DNA of 62,948 nt, counting the filler, from Aduncisulcus paluster (taxonomy: Eukaryota): assembly GCA_024181965.1 (NCBI GenBank). It is 39 parts of 39 records of this genome, joined end to end, with 100 filler letters (N's around TTAATTAATTAA, not from the genome) between each part and the next. Parts side by side here need not be neighbours in the genome. Positions count along the whole stretch, not along the records: positions 47,503 to 48,662 come from BQXS01002015.1; positions 48,763 to 49,798 come from BQXS01002019.1; positions 49,899 to 51,204 come from BQXS01002021.1; positions 51,305 to 52,357 come from BQXS01002027.1; positions 52,458 to 54,610 come from BQXS01002031.1; positions 54,711 to 56,047 come from BQXS01002035.1; positions 56,148 to 59,177 come from BQXS01002062.1; positions 59,278 to 60,311 come from BQXS01002074.1; 31 more parts are not named here. The stretch is one strand, 5' to 3'. The notes under the pieces are model-generated. The model did not search any database and was not told the origin of the DNA. It saw only the letters and a list, made by a program, of their open reading frames with translations. Shown in pieces: positions 47,698-60,036 of this stretch. Made by a program: the position numbers and the translations under genes. Positions within the stretch are counted from its first letter, which is position 1, and each line of letters opens with the position of its first letter.

Positions 47698-48662
47698 TCA
47701 ATGTCTGCGCAAAGCGTCGGTCGTGTTTGATGCTAGAGGTACGACGGATGATCGCGCTGATCTCGGGGGCGCAAGATCCTGGATGAAATCCCTGAGTGCC
47801 TCGGTGTCGAACGGCTTGCGGAGGATCTTCAGGCTCGGCGGTGCTGCATTTGCGGCATCGCTGTAACCGGTTGTCAGGGCGATCGGCAAACCCGGGTAGC
47901 GTGACCGCACTTCTCTCGCGAGCCCGACGCCATCGATGGTTCCTGGCATGACGATATCGCTGAAGACGAGATCGATCCTGGTGCCGGCATCGAGCAGTTT
48001 CAACGCCGCTTCGGCCGAATCCCGATAGATCGTTTCATAGCCCAGATGCTCGAACAGCGAGGATGTGACGTCAGCCACTTCGGGGCTATCGTCGACAACG
48101 AGAACCGTCTGCCGCTGCGGCTGTCTCGGCCTTNNNNNNNNNNNNNNNNNNNNNNNNNNNNNNNNNNNNNNNNNNNNNNNNNNNNNNNNNNNNNNNNNNN
48201 NNNNNNNNNNNNNNNNNNNNNNNNNNGGTCTTTGCTGGCGGTCTGCTCGTCTGCGCAGGACGGCAAATAGATTGTAATCGTCGTTCCCTGACCAACCTTG
48301 CTGTCCGCCGTCACCGTTCCGCCAGCCTGATGCGCGAAGCCATAGACTTGGGACAGGCCGAGCCCGGTCCCCTTGCCGACCTCCTTGGTCGTGAAGAACG
48401 GATCGAACATCTTGGACAGAAGATTCGGCGGAATACCGGTGCCGGTATCGCCAAGCGCGATGGCAAAGAAAGCCTTTGCGCGGCGATCGCCGCCGGTCTC
48501 CTGGTTCGCGGTCACCGCATGGACGGACAAGGTGAACGTGCCGCCGCTCGGCATTGCATCGCGCGCATTGACGGCGATGTTGACGATCGCGAGCTCCAGC
48601 TCGGCGAGGTCCACCTTGACCGACGCTATGCCCTCACCGACGTTCTCGTTGTAGACGATGTT
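47698..48662 (-). CDS. Hybrid sensor histidine kinase (HATPase plus receiver), partial with gap
   Basis: 'NIAVNARDAM', 'DTGTG', 'FFTTK..GKGTGLGL', 'DLVFSDIVMPG', 'LRKPF'. Confidence 0.92.
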
Positions 48663-48762
48663 NNNNNNNNNNNNNNNNNNNNNNNNNNNNNNNNNNNNNN
48701 NNNNNNTTAATTAATTAANNNNNNNNNNNNNNNNNNNNNNNNNNNNNNNNNNNNNNNNNNNN

Positions 48763-48878
48763 AGCAATGTGGTGTATATCATGCACGACCAAATCAATGT
48801 AGAACATTTCCTTTTTGGGAATATTTTAAAAACAATATAAAAGAGGTAAAAGAAGAATGTCCAGCTATAGTCGAATAA
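48763..48878 (+). CDS. YkgJ-family cysteine-cluster protein, C-terminus
   Basis: 'C.VYHARPNQCRTFPFW...ECP'. Confidence 0.75.
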
Positions 48879-49798
48879 TACTACTAAGCCTTGTTTTTTC
48901 GATCTCTACACTTCAAGCTACACCATCATATAAAGAAGATCTAAATATTATGCTAGCTTTAGATAGTGAAAAAAAGAAAAACTCACTTGATAGTTTCAGA
49001 TATTACTCAAAACTTTTTAAAGATACCCAAAATCAAGCTTATTTAAAAAAAGCTATTTTTTATAGTTACAAAGCAAAAAAATTTGAAGATATGTATGATT
49101 TATCTCAAAAAGCTATTAAAATTTTTCCTAAATATCAAGAGTATTATTTTCAGCAAAAAATTATAGCTTTATTATCACTAGCAAAAACTAAACAAGCTTT
49201 AAAAGAAGCCAAAATATTGTTAAAAAAATATCCAAATGCTACAAGTTATGAAATAATTGCAAATGTTTTTTATGCAAAACAGGACTATAAAAATTCTTTA
49301 AAATATTATGAAAGTGCTTACACCATAAATCAAAATGAAAAAACACTTATAAAACTAACAACCATACTATATACTTATCTAAACCAAAAAGATGTAGCAC
49401 TCGCATACCTTGAAACTTATTTACAAACAAAAGGGTGTAGTAAAATTGTATGTGATAAACTTATGCTTATCTATCAAGAGCAAGGCAATGTGGATGGTAT
49501 GTTATCTATTTTAAATAGAATGTATATCAAATATAAAAAAGATCCAAATTTAGCAAAAACTACACTAATTATACAAAACTTAATTGTTACTCTTTTAGAA
49601 ACAAAAGATATCAAAAAAGCTATTAAGTATTTGGAAGAGACAAAAATTGACTATGCTAAACTTATCAATCTTTATTATCAAGATGGACAATTAGACAAAG
49701 CATTAAAAATGACTCGTAAGCTCTATAGAAAAACAAGAAACCCTGAACTTTTAGGAAAAATTGCAATGTATGAGTTTGAACTAGCAAAAGATAAACGA
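48857..49798 (+). CDS. Secreted TPR protein, partial
   Basis: Signal peptide and TPR-like helices. Confidence 0.75.
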
Positions 49799-49898
49799 NN
49801 NNNNNNNNNNNNNNNNNNNNNNNNNNNNNNNNNNNNNNNNNNTTAATTAATTAANNNNNNNNNNNNNNNNNNNNNNNNNNNNNNNNNNNNNNNNNNNN

Positions 49899-50810
49899 GA
49901 TTAATGCTAACACCTCCCACGACTTTTCCAGTGATTGTTCTGGGATCCTGACCGATAAAGGGATTGTAAGGAGAGGTCCTTTCGCGTTGTCTAACCTTAA
50001 TAGATACTCATCCTTTTCCTTTACTGCGGTCTTGTTCGGACAATTAGAAGCATAATGTCCCTTCTTTCCACAGATAAAGCAAATGACATCTCCCTTACTG
50101 CGTTTTGGTGTACCAACCTTCCTATCACCCTCACTGTACCTACGCTTTCCCATTTGAGGCTTACGAGCACCCCTCATTGGTGGTTTGGAACTGGAGGAAG
50201 AGGTAGTCCTTCGAGAATCTCGTTGTTGCTCATAGCTTTCCATATCCTCTCGATTTTCAATAACAATACTGGCTTGCTCAACCAATGTCCTGGTGAGGAG
50301 CTTCATAGAGGCATCTTCTTTGTCCAGGGCTGCTTCGACTCTGATACGGAAACGAGGATCTCTAATACCCTTGGTGAAGTATTTAGTAAGCAACGTACCA
50401 CTGGGCATATCTGTAGGAGTCACGTCCTCCAGGGTTTCACGGTATCTAGTCAGATACTTGGAGACGGCAGTCATCGTTATCTCCCTTAGAGATATCTTCC
50501 TAAATTCGTACAAAGCATCCAGTCCCGATAGTTGTCCGAAGTGATTCTTGACAGCCTTGATAAATAATTCTTCCTCAGAAGATCTTATTTCAGGGACACC
50601 AGATTCGTCTTCAGTTAGCAAGGAAACTGGGTCGGGTAGAGTAGTATCCACGACATCTTCGTAAATGGATCGAGCTGCTGAGTCGATGAGGGCAAATAAG
50701 TGGGCTTCCCCCCCAAGAGCACGGTACTTCTGAAACTCTTTGACGAAGCGTCGGAATAAAGGTTTTCCAAATCCAAAAAGTCTCGGAATCTTTTGAATAT
50801 CAGTTTTCAT
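49899..50810 (-). mobile_element. LTR-retrotransposon Gag with CCHC zinc knuckle, running into protease
   Basis: CFICGKKGHYASNC; ends 'VLALI' where the D(S/T)G motif is expected. Confidence 0.88.
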
Positions 50811-50838
50811 TACAATAATTCCACGAAAATAATTATTT

Positions 50839-50953
50839 TGTAGTAGAACTACGGCAAATTTATTGAATAAACAAAGAACACGAATAAGATCTAAAAATAG
50901 ACAATGAGAATGTTATATAAAATTATATAAAATAGTCCTTAAGGGCTATTACA
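50839..50953 (-). mobile_element. 5' LTR, 115 bp (TGTAATAG...CTACTACA)
   Basis: TG..CA ends with 7/8 inverted termini, TATA-like tract and AATAAA; 28 nt upstream of the gag ATG. Confidence 0.75.
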
Positions 50954-51204
50954 GGCATCAAGTCCAGATAATTTCCCAAAGAAAGATGAAACAGCCTCAA
51001 CAAAAGTAGACTCAGAGGCTCGAACTTCTTCAGGAGTCATATCCTCGGGATTAGGTAACTTAACATGGCAAACGTCTTCGTAGATGGATAAGATATCCAA
51101 ATCAATCAGAGTATACATGTCAGCAGTACCATGTCGTGCTCGGTATTGTTCGTAAGCAGATTCAAAACGAGCGAAGTCTTTTTGCGAATAAAGAGCCAGA
51201 AAAG
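50954..51204 (-). mobile_element. Truncated gag of a related element, interrupted by the LTR
   Basis: Hand translation ...YRARHG..LID...SIYEDV...LPNP...FVEAV...FGKLSGLDA aligns with the downstream Gag N-terminus (YRALGG..LID...SIYEDV...LPDP...FGQLSGLDA). Confidence 0.8.
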
Positions 51205-51304
51205 NNNNNNNNNNNNNNNNNNNNNNNNNNNNNNNNNNNNNNNNNNNNTTAATTAATTAANNNNNNNNNNNNNNNNNNNNNNNNNNNNNNNNNNNNNNNN
51301 NNNN

Positions 51305-51677
51305 TAAAAGAAGAAGTTTCTAAAATCCATATCTTTTTATTTGTATCCATTTTTGCAATTGGCACCCCTATATTCCCACCACACTGGCTTTGTCTATTTT
51401 CAAGTAAATGTTGCAACATTTGAGTTGTTGTTGTTTTTCCATTTGTCCCACTTATCCAAATTGAAAAAGGAATCTGTTCATAAAAAAGATCATAATCACT
51501 AATAATATTTTTACTATTTTTAACTAATTGATTGTATGGAGGAATTCCTGGACTAACGACTGTAATCTCATCTGAATTTATTTCATAACTATTTATATCT
51601 TTATCATCATACAAAGTTGCATCTGGATATACTTCTTTTACTGCTAAGGCAGTTTTCCCTTTTCCTAATATTCTCAT
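51305..51677 (-). CDS. murD: UDP-MurNAc-L-Ala:D-Glu ligase, N-terminus
   Basis: 'SPGIP', 'SGTNGKTTTT', 'GGNIG', 'LETSSF'. Confidence 0.92.
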
Positions 51678-51694
51678 TTTATATCCAAGTTATG

Positions 51695-52357
51695 TTATCT
51701 TATTTTTAAGCTAGCAAGAGCAATTAAATTGGTCATAAATGCAATAATCCAAAAGCGCACAATAATCTTATTTTCCAGCCAACCTATTTGCTCAAAATGA
51801 TGATGAAGTGGTGCCATTAAAAAAACTCTTTTTTTTCTATATTTAAAACTACCTACTTGCAGTATTACAGAAACCGCTTCTAAAACAAAAATAAAACCAA
51901 TAGCCAATAATAATATTTCACTTTTAGCAACAAGTGCCATATAACCCATGAGTCCACCTATTGTTAAACTTCCACTATCTCCCATAAATATTTCTGCAGG
52001 ATGAGAGTTATACCACAAAAATCCAATTAATGCGCCCATAAAAGAAGCTCCAACTATAGCTAATTCACCAACCATTTTAATATTTGGTAGAAGTAAATAC
52101 TCACTTAATATTGCATGACCTGTAATATACACAATCAGTGAAAGTGTGAAAAAAGCGATAACGGAAGGCACTGTAGCTAAACCATCTAAACCATCAGTAA
52201 GATTTACCGCATTTGTACTTGCGATCATCACAAGTGTCCAGAAGATAATTGAATATAGTCCCATATCAAATATAGGAAACTTTTGAAACGGTATATACAA
52301 TGTAGTAGGATGTTGGGCATAAAACAAAACTGCAATTACAATGAATGAAGCAATTAC
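51695..52357 (-). CDS. mraY: Phospho-MurNAc-pentapeptide transferase, C-terminal part
   Basis: '[12 protein letters not shown]', 'FMGDSGS', 'MAPLHHHFE'. Confidence 0.96.
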   Translation of the reverse strand, partial: VIASFIVIAVLFYAQHPTTLYIPFQKFPIFDMGLYSIIFWTLVMIASTNAVNLTDGLDGLATVPSVIAFFTLSLIVYITGHAILSEYLLLPNIKMVGELAIVGASFMGALIGFLWYNSHPAEIFMGDSGSLTIGGLMGYMALVAKSEILLLAIGFIFVLEAVSVILQVGSFKYRKKRVFLMAPLHHHFEQIGWLENKIIVRFWIIAFMTNLIALASLKIR

Positions 52358-52872
52358 NNNNNNNNNNNNNNNNNNNNNNNNNNNNNNNNNNNNNNNNNNN
52401 NTTAATTAATTAANNNNNNNNNNNNNNNNNNNNNNNNNNNNNNNNNNNNNNNNNNNNACCCACAGTAACTGCATTAACTCTTCCGGATATCCCTTTGGGC
52501 GGTATTATCATAATAACGCATGATGCGTTTATATGTATAGATATACTTGGCATACTATAAAATGTCCTGCTTCAAGGATGAATAAAGCAATATCCCAGCT
52601 ATAAAGTATGAATAACATTTGTATACATATTTATATATTTATATATGTGTTATTACTTGGGGTATAGCATCTTCCGAGGTGTTACGGAAAAATGAAAATT
52701 TTCTTGTAAATTTTCTTCAAACCATTTTCAAAAAATATCGGTCTACCTTTACATTTTTTTTTAGTTTTTGCTAGCAATGAGTCATTTATACACAATAGAA
52801 TCCCACTCTTCGTCTTTATTTATGTCATCAAAACATTCTTCCAATTTTTGAGTGATATTACTATAATAATTG

Positions 52873-52995
52873 TGTTGGGCTGGGAAGGCTTCTTTGACGA
52901 AGGACGGTAGTTCGGCTACCGTCCTGAGGAGAAGGAAGCCAGTGAGCGCCGGGTGAGCGAGAATCGCGAGCACGAGCGCGAGCAGGGCTTTTTTT
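52873..52995 (+). ncRNA. Candidate structured RNA (kink-turn/box C-D-like hairpin, second hairpin, T7 end)
   Basis: GC island in AT-rich DNA; perfect 10-bp stem 52901-52910/52916-52925 flanked by TGACGA and CTGA; family not identified. Confidence 0.4.
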
Positions 52996-53464
52996 GAGGT
53001 CTTGCAAACAATAAGACCTCTTCACGTTAGTGAAAACTCATTCACTTCAATTGACTGAGTATTAGATGTATGTTGTATATGTATTTGGTATTCTATCGAT
53101 CATGAAAACTGCTATGACTATGGATTCTGGGTGGGAAATATACTTAAATCATCAATCAGAATTTTTTTTGTATTCTTAGAGGTTTGAGAAATAAAATATA
53201 TTTTATTGACGAGCTAATTAAATAATATTATATAATATATTATTATAATTTATTTTTCTTTCGAAATTAATTTATGCTTAAAGTGACTGTATACGATCAT
53301 ATACAATTAAATTGTCTATTAAAAATAAAGATATCATTTAAACTCGCAAAAATATTATTATATATGTGTTATCGCCCTGGTAAAATGCTGTGAATAGTCT
53401 GTCATAGTGGCTGACAGTGTCAGTTCAAACATATCCTGTTCCGCTAGTTCCAGTCAATTACATA

Positions 53465-54044
53465 AAAAATAAACGGTGGGATTTATTAATATATTAATAG
53501 AGCTATAAGAAAAAATAACTGGCAATATATGATTTCTAAAAAAACCCTTTTTTGCCACTTTTTGCACCCCTGTATCTCGGCGCCTATTTTACATAATAAA
53601 ATAATAATTTAATATTTATTATCTACGCTTACGGAGAGTAATATATATATCATATTTTTTTACTAAATTGCAAAAATAGCTTAATTTTTGCCTAATGGTA
53701 TTAAGAAGGTATAATGCCATTTTTAACATATAATTAAGATAATATGACATATTAGATTTCTATAGCTCATATAATTTATTTTTTTATTTTTATTGTATTN
53801 NNNNNNNNNNNNNNNNNNNCCCTGTATCTCGGCGCCTATTTTACATAATAAAATAATAATTTAATATTTATTATCTACGCTTACGGAGAGTAATATATAT
53901 ATCATATTTTTTTACTAAATTGCAAAAATAGCTTAATTTTTGCCTAATGGTATTAAGAAGGTATAATGCCATTTTTAACATATAATTAAGATAATATGAC
54001 ATATTAGATTTCTATAGCTCATATAATTTATTTTTTTATTTTTA

Positions 54045-54050
<6 letters not shown>
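53465..54050 (+). repeat. AT-rich dispersed repeat; 53820-54050 re-reads about 53568-53799 across a gap
   Basis: Direct comparison with 40985-41310 and with the sequence across the gap. Confidence 0.85.
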
Positions 54051-54077
<27 letters not shown>

Positions 54078-54166
54078 CCCAACATAGTTCCTTACTACTC
54101 GGATACCAAAGAATTAACAATAAAGGATTATAATAACAAAGACCTCGGGGGTTCAACGTAATATAT

Positions 54167-54610
54167 TTATTTGGTAAAGAAGAAGATTTGTGCCTCGATG
54201 GGAACAAGAGAACGAGTATCAATATATTCATCAATGGCAGATACATCAGGGTTGATTTGTGAAGTCGATGACATGAGAGCCGAATTAGAATTGAGCGTAG
54301 GAAGGAGTGTAAATTGCAGATCACTTGATTCTGAAGGATAATAAAGATCATGCATACCAAATCATCTTCTAATTCTATAAATTCTTCTTCGCTTTCTTTT
54401 TCATGAGAAGAACTCTCTTTAGATGAAGCAACTTCCTCATACAAACTACATATTTCCTTGTATGAAAGCTTCTTATCTTCAACAAGTATCATTCTTTCAT
54501 CCCCATGGCCAGACTTGTCATATAAAGCAAGATGATATTGTTTCTTCGGGGTGTGAATACGGAGGAGCGGTGACTCGGCAAATCGAATACATGAGCAGTG
54601 AAAATCAGAA
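54167..54610 (-). pseudogene. Eukaryotic hypothetical gene 3' end with apparent frameshift or short intron
   Basis: Frame open from the contig end to about 54360; alternative continuations in two frames; a GTATG...TTCAG 27-nt segment is present. Confidence 0.3.
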
Positions 54611-54741
54611 NNNNNNNNNNNNNNNNNNNNNNNNNNNNNNNNNNNNNNNNNNNNTTAATTAATTAANNNNNNNNNNNNNNNNNNNNNNNNNNNNNNNNNN
54701 NNNNNNNNNNCCTTGACGGGGGCTTCTTCAATGAAGAATCT

Positions 54742-54810
54742 TCATCAGGAGTGATTAAGCGATCATCAGGAGTGATTAAGCGATCATCAGGAGTGATTAA
54801 GCGATCATCA
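54742..54810. repeat. 21-bp tandem repeat x3 (TCATCAGGAGTGATTAAGCGA)
   Basis: Read directly; encodes DDRLITP on the minus strand. Confidence 0.92.
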
Positions 54811-54829
54811 TGGATTGGAATGCTATAAG

Positions 54830-55540
54830 ACAGGGCGTTGAAGTCAGGAGAACCATAAAGGGAGAAGAACTTGTCAAAATCGATCCAAGACATCCATTTC
54901 CCACCAACAAACAGATCTTTGCGCACCATAAGCACGATAAGCACCATAAGCACAGCCTTGCTCTCGTGGTGGACACTGACAGCCCCTGTAATCACCTTCA
55001 AGGGCAGCCTCAAGCCACCTTGCATACTCAACACACTGGTCTGGCCTGGGAACGTTGGCAAGAAAGAAGAAAGAAAGAAACCATGGCGATGTCTTGTTCC
55101 ACCAACAAACGAGAAGGCTTTCAGCTCAATGAAGCATGGACGGCCCAAACGAATGAGTTTGACATACCCATAAATGTCTTCACGACGGCAATTCAGCTTC
55201 TTAATGACAGTGATTCGGATGGCTGTCCTCTCTTGACGAGTGGATAAAATGGACAGAACTCTCGTTCAATCGGCGCCAGGCGTCAGTTTTGCCGGCATAG
55301 GGACGGTCGATTTCGGCTAATGTGTCCGGGTCAGCAGCGTCAACAGAGAGGTACAACTGGGTGACAGGGGGGCATGGCCTTGAGTTTCTCGGGGAGCTGG
55401 GAGTTCGAAACGAGGAATGTGCTCAACTTTCTGCGGTGTAGCTCGAGGATCAGTTCATTGATTTGAGGGTATAAAAGAGATTCACCGACAAGGAAGAGGG
55501 CGACATGACGGGCTTCATGGGCAGACTTCCACAAACTTCT
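54830..55540 (-). pseudogene. TYW1: Degenerate TYW1 (wybutosine radical-SAM enzyme) fragments
   Basis: 'HVALFLVGESLLYPQINELI..LHRRKLSTFLVSN.Q.P', 'GRPCFIELK', 'GKWMSWIDFDKF'; several frameshifts. Confidence 0.7.
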
Positions 55541-55699
55541 TCGTCCAGTCCAGGAACTCCCCTCTTGGCATGGACGAGGGAACGCTAACCCTCAAGGAGT
55601 TTATCAACCAGGGGGGGGGACGGGGTCAAGATATTTCCACTCGGGCTTCCAGACACAAATCTCAGTATCGGATGAGCAGGATCTGGACATGTTCCATGA

Positions 55700-55900
55700 A
55701 GCATCAGTTCCTAATAATTCAACATCAAATATGAGAGTGGAATCAGGTGGAATAGAATCGCCAGCTCCACGGGCACCATAATCATAATCAGGATCGATTT
55801 GATTACAATCGTGGCTCTTTCACCAACACTTAATGTAAGAAGGGCTTCATCCCAAACACTGATAACCATACCCATTCCAACTGCAAATTCAAAAAACCTA
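55700..55900 (-). pseudogene. Degenerate FKBP-type peptidyl-prolyl isomerase
   Basis: Hand translation FEFAVGMGMVISVWDEALLTLSVGERATIVI / PDYDYGARGAGDSIPPDSTLIFDVELL, with a frameshift. Confidence 0.75.
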
Positions 55901-55997
55901 CGATATCACTTTCCATGATTGTCACATTGTCAATCTGGGGTGAAATAGCACAAAGCTCAGTATTAAATGTATCAGATGATCAGGATCTGCCATTGGG

Positions 55998-56047
55998 GTT
56001 GGAGTTGGATTTGGATTTGGAGTTGGAATTGGAGTTGGAATTGGAGT
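55998..56047. repeat. Degenerate hexamer repeat TTGGA(G/T/A)
   Basis: Read directly. Confidence 0.8.
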
Positions 56048-56147
56048 NNNNNNNNNNNNNNNNNNNNNNNNNNNNNNNNNNNNNNNNNNNNTTAATTAAT
56101 TAANNNNNNNNNNNNNNNNNNNNNNNNNNNNNNNNNNNNNNNNNNNN

Positions 56148-56417
56148 ACCAGAAAATATAATTTTATATTTAGGTATTTCTGCCTTAAGCGCTCTTTTTA
56201 CTTCACCAATACTCACACAATCAGCACCGCTTCCTTGTTGCCCTAAATGTTTTACAACACTTAAATTTGAGTTTGCTTTCACAGCATATGAGATCAATGA
56301 TTTTCTTGCTTTAAATGCTTCTTTTAATTCATTGTATTGTTTTGAAATATAATCGAAGTCATACACATAATATGGGGTTTGATATTTTTTTGATAGTTCT
56401 TTAAAATTTATTGCCAT
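56148..56417 (-). CDS. lysA: Diaminopimelate decarboxylase, N-terminus
   Basis: 'TPYYVYD', 'YAVKANSN', 'GADCVSIGE'. Confidence 0.92.
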
Positions 56418-56487
56418 TACTATTCTCTTATTATTAAATTTAGCAGTTATAATAGCTAATTTTTAGTAATTATCGTCTTAATAGCTT

Positions 56488-57212
56488 CTATTGATATAAT
56501 TTTAAAATCTTGTTGTAGAGTTCTGCATATTGTAATGGATCAACTGTAGTATTATATAATCTCATTGCATAGTGAAGATGTGGACCTGTTATTCGTCCTG
56601 TTACTCCTGACTCGCCTATTTTTTGCCCTTTTAGCACTTTATCACCTTTTTTTACAGTAAAACTACTCATGTGGGAATAATAAGAAAAAGCACCTCGTCC
56701 ATGATCAATATAAACAACTTTTCCTAAATAAAATCGATCCATTGTCAAAGCTACAATGCCATTATTTGAAGCATAAATACTCGTTCCTACTTTTGCACGA
56801 AAATCTGTTCCTGTGTGGTAACTTTTTGTCATCCCATTATATATTCTTGCATTACCAAAAGCACTTGTGATTTTTGAATCTATAGGATAAACATATTCTT
56901 CACTATTCGTTAAATCATCAGAAGTTATTTTTGAATATACCTCTTTATATACTTGTGCATATTCTTTTTTGGATCGTTGTTTATTTTTTGTGGAAAGAGT
57001 TACTTTTCCCTGTGCAACTTTAATAATCTCATTTTGTTTATAGTTACCATCAATAATTTCAATTCCAATATGTTTTGTAATGAACTTATCTTGTAACTTA
57101 TAATTAATCTCTACATATTCTTTTTGTTTTTTAGAATAATAATCAACAGGGACAAAAACCCTATAACTTTTTATTGAGTTAGATATTGGAAACATCTGAT
57201 ATTTTTTATTCT
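56488..57212 (-). CDS. M23-family peptidase, N-terminus in gap
   Basis: 'HTGTD', 'IDHG...YSHM', 'TGPHLH'. Confidence 0.9.
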
Positions 57213-57318
57213 NNNNNNNNNNNNNNNNNNNNNNNNNNNNNNNNNNNNNNNNNNNNNNNNNNNNNNNNNNNNNNNNNNNNNNNNNNNNNNNNNNNNNNNN
57301 NNNNNNNNCATACAATTA

Positions 57319-58208
<890 letters not shown>

Positions 58209-58211
58209 TTA

Positions 58212-58922
58212 TTATTTTGTATTTGTTATTCTAATCATCTCTTTGAAATCATCTACATTCCAAGACCCACTACCTATTAATGTTCCATCAACATTTGGTA
58301 TATCTAAGATATCAGATATATTTGATGTTTTTACGCTACCGCCATACAAAAGTGGCTGTGTGATTTTTTTCTTAATCTTTTTATGAATAATTTCAATATC
58401 TTCTGTTGTTGGAATTTTACCTGTACCAATCGCCCATACAGGTTCATAAGCAATTACTAAATTTTCATAATCCAAATCAATTCCATCAAATTGATTCCAA
58501 ATATAACCAAGAGTTTCAGTCATCCCTATCTCTTTTACCTCTAAAGGCTCTCCAACACAATAAATTATTTTATACCCTAAAGCTTTATAGTAGTTGTACT
58601 TATAAGCAATCTCTTTTTGTGATTCACCTAAGATATGCCTTCTCTCACTATGCCCTATTAAAATCGTTTTGATGTTAAACTCATCAAGTTGTTCTGTACC
58701 AATTTCACCTGTAAAAGAACCATTCTTTACATAATATGCATTTTGTGTACCGATTGTTAAGTTATCAAGCACTTCAAAAGTATCTAAAGATGTTGCGGTA
58801 GGGAAAACATATACATCATTTTTGATATTTTCTTTTTCAAGAAACTGGTTTACTTCCTCTACAAATACTTTTGTACTTTTTCTAGTGTGATTTGTTTTAA
58901 AATTGCTAGCTATAATTTTCAT
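58212..58922 (-). CDS. tpiA: Triosephosphate isomerase
   Basis: 'IGHSERR', 'AYEPVWAIGTG', 'YGGSV'. Confidence 0.97.
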   Translation of the reverse strand: MKIIASNFKTNHTRKSTKVFVEEVNQFLEKENIKNDVYVFPTATSLDTFEVLDNLTIGTQNAYYVKNGSFTGEIGTEQLDEFNIKTILIGHSERRHILGESQKEIAYKYNYYKALGYKIIYCVGEPLEVKEIGMTETLGYIWNQFDGIDLDYENLVIAYEPVWAIGTGKIPTTEDIEIIHKKIKKKITQPLLYGGSVKTSNISDILDIPNVDGTLIGSGSWNVDDFKEMIRITNTK

Positions 58923-58985
58923 AAGGTAAACCTTTTATTCTATTCTATTTTTTCGGATTTTATCATAATTTTTTAAAAACTCTTA

Positions 58986-59177
58986 TTATTTTGATTGTAA
59001 CTTATTTTTCAAAATAATTTTTCCAGATTCAACGCCTGGTTGGTCATAAGTATTAATTTGAACAAATTTACCTACAATAGATGTCAGTAACTGATAATTA
59101 AACATTAATCCTGCAATATTATATTCATCTACTTTATCTATAGTAATTACATCACAAGGGATATCTGCAATATTTTC
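58986..59177 (-). CDS. pgi: Glucose-6-phosphate isomerase, C-terminus
   Basis: 'INTYDQPGVESGK'. Confidence 0.88.
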   Translation of the reverse strand, partial: ENIADIPCDVITIDKVDEYNIAGLMFNYQLLTSIVGKFVQINTYDQPGVESGKIILKNKLQSK

Positions 59178-59277
59178 NNNNNNNNNNNNNNNNNNNNNNN
59201 NNNNNNNNNNNNNNNNNNNNNTTAATTAATTAANNNNNNNNNNNNNNNNNNNNNNNNNNNNNNNNNNNNNNNNNNNN

Positions 59278-60036
59278 CATCCAAGTCCTGGAAATTAATG
59301 AAACATCTGATCCTGTATCTAATAAAGCTAACGGTTGTTTTCTTGTACCTTCACCAACTTCTAATTCCACTCTGACACCACTTGTTTTTGTTTTATCCAC
59401 TGAAGCAATGTTTAGACAACGGATCACTTTCACTGATTTTCCACAAGTCTTTTCACTGGTCACTGTGTCTGTAATAACTGGTTTTAAAGATTCTGAAGGT
59501 TTTATCTTTTCAACACTGTCCTGTTTCTTCAATATTCCCGGAAAAATTGCGTCAAATAAAGCATCACTGTCTTCAACGATATCATCTGGTTTTTCATCGT
59601 CATTTTCAACAATTTCATCTCCGTCAATTGTTTTGTCTGTTCCTGTGATTTCTTTTTCTGCTTCTGTTACCAAACTTTTGTAAGTTTGCATCGACATTCG
59701 TTTCGGCTTTGTTTTACGTAATTCTTCTTCTCTGGCACGGTTTTCAGCTAACTGTTTCTGTTCTAACTGATAATAAATATCTTTTTCCTCTTTTTCACTG
59801 TCACCAATCCAGTTTTTCAGTCGTTTCTGTCTTTCAGATTCTGATAATCCATCACTGGGCTGTCTTGGTTTGATTTCTCGTTTTTCAATAAATAAAACGT
59901 CTGGTTCTCCCCAAGCACGTTCTTCTTCTTCTGGAGTTAATTTACGTCTTTTCCCCACTGAATCTGCACTGCGTTTTTCACTGACACTGTAAGTAGTAAT
60001 CGGATAAGGGGTTTTTCTTTTACTGCGCCTTTTTGG
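59278..60036 (-). mobile_element. Retroelement gag-pro fragment with retropepsin motif, 5'-truncated by an inserted LTR
   Basis: 'ALLDTGSDVSLIS'; no ATG start, and the frame runs into the LTR. Confidence 0.7.

Noticed and set aside
52887..52940. Hammerhead ribozyme, SECIS or cobalamin riboswitch reading of the GC island
   Set aside because: CTGAGGA is present but there is no stem II-GAAA or NUH site; no apical AA for a SECIS; only GGGAAGGC of the B12 motif is present
53820..54050. Tandem duplication of the AT-rich element
   Set aside because: Near-identical re-read across an N gap; likely scaffolding overlap, as also seen at 57510-57570
54050..54077. Long T-run as a retrocopy poly(A) tail
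   Set aside because: The homologous repeat copy has a short A-run at a comparable position (about 40962-40968) and no TSD was found; homopolymer expansion or artefact is as likely
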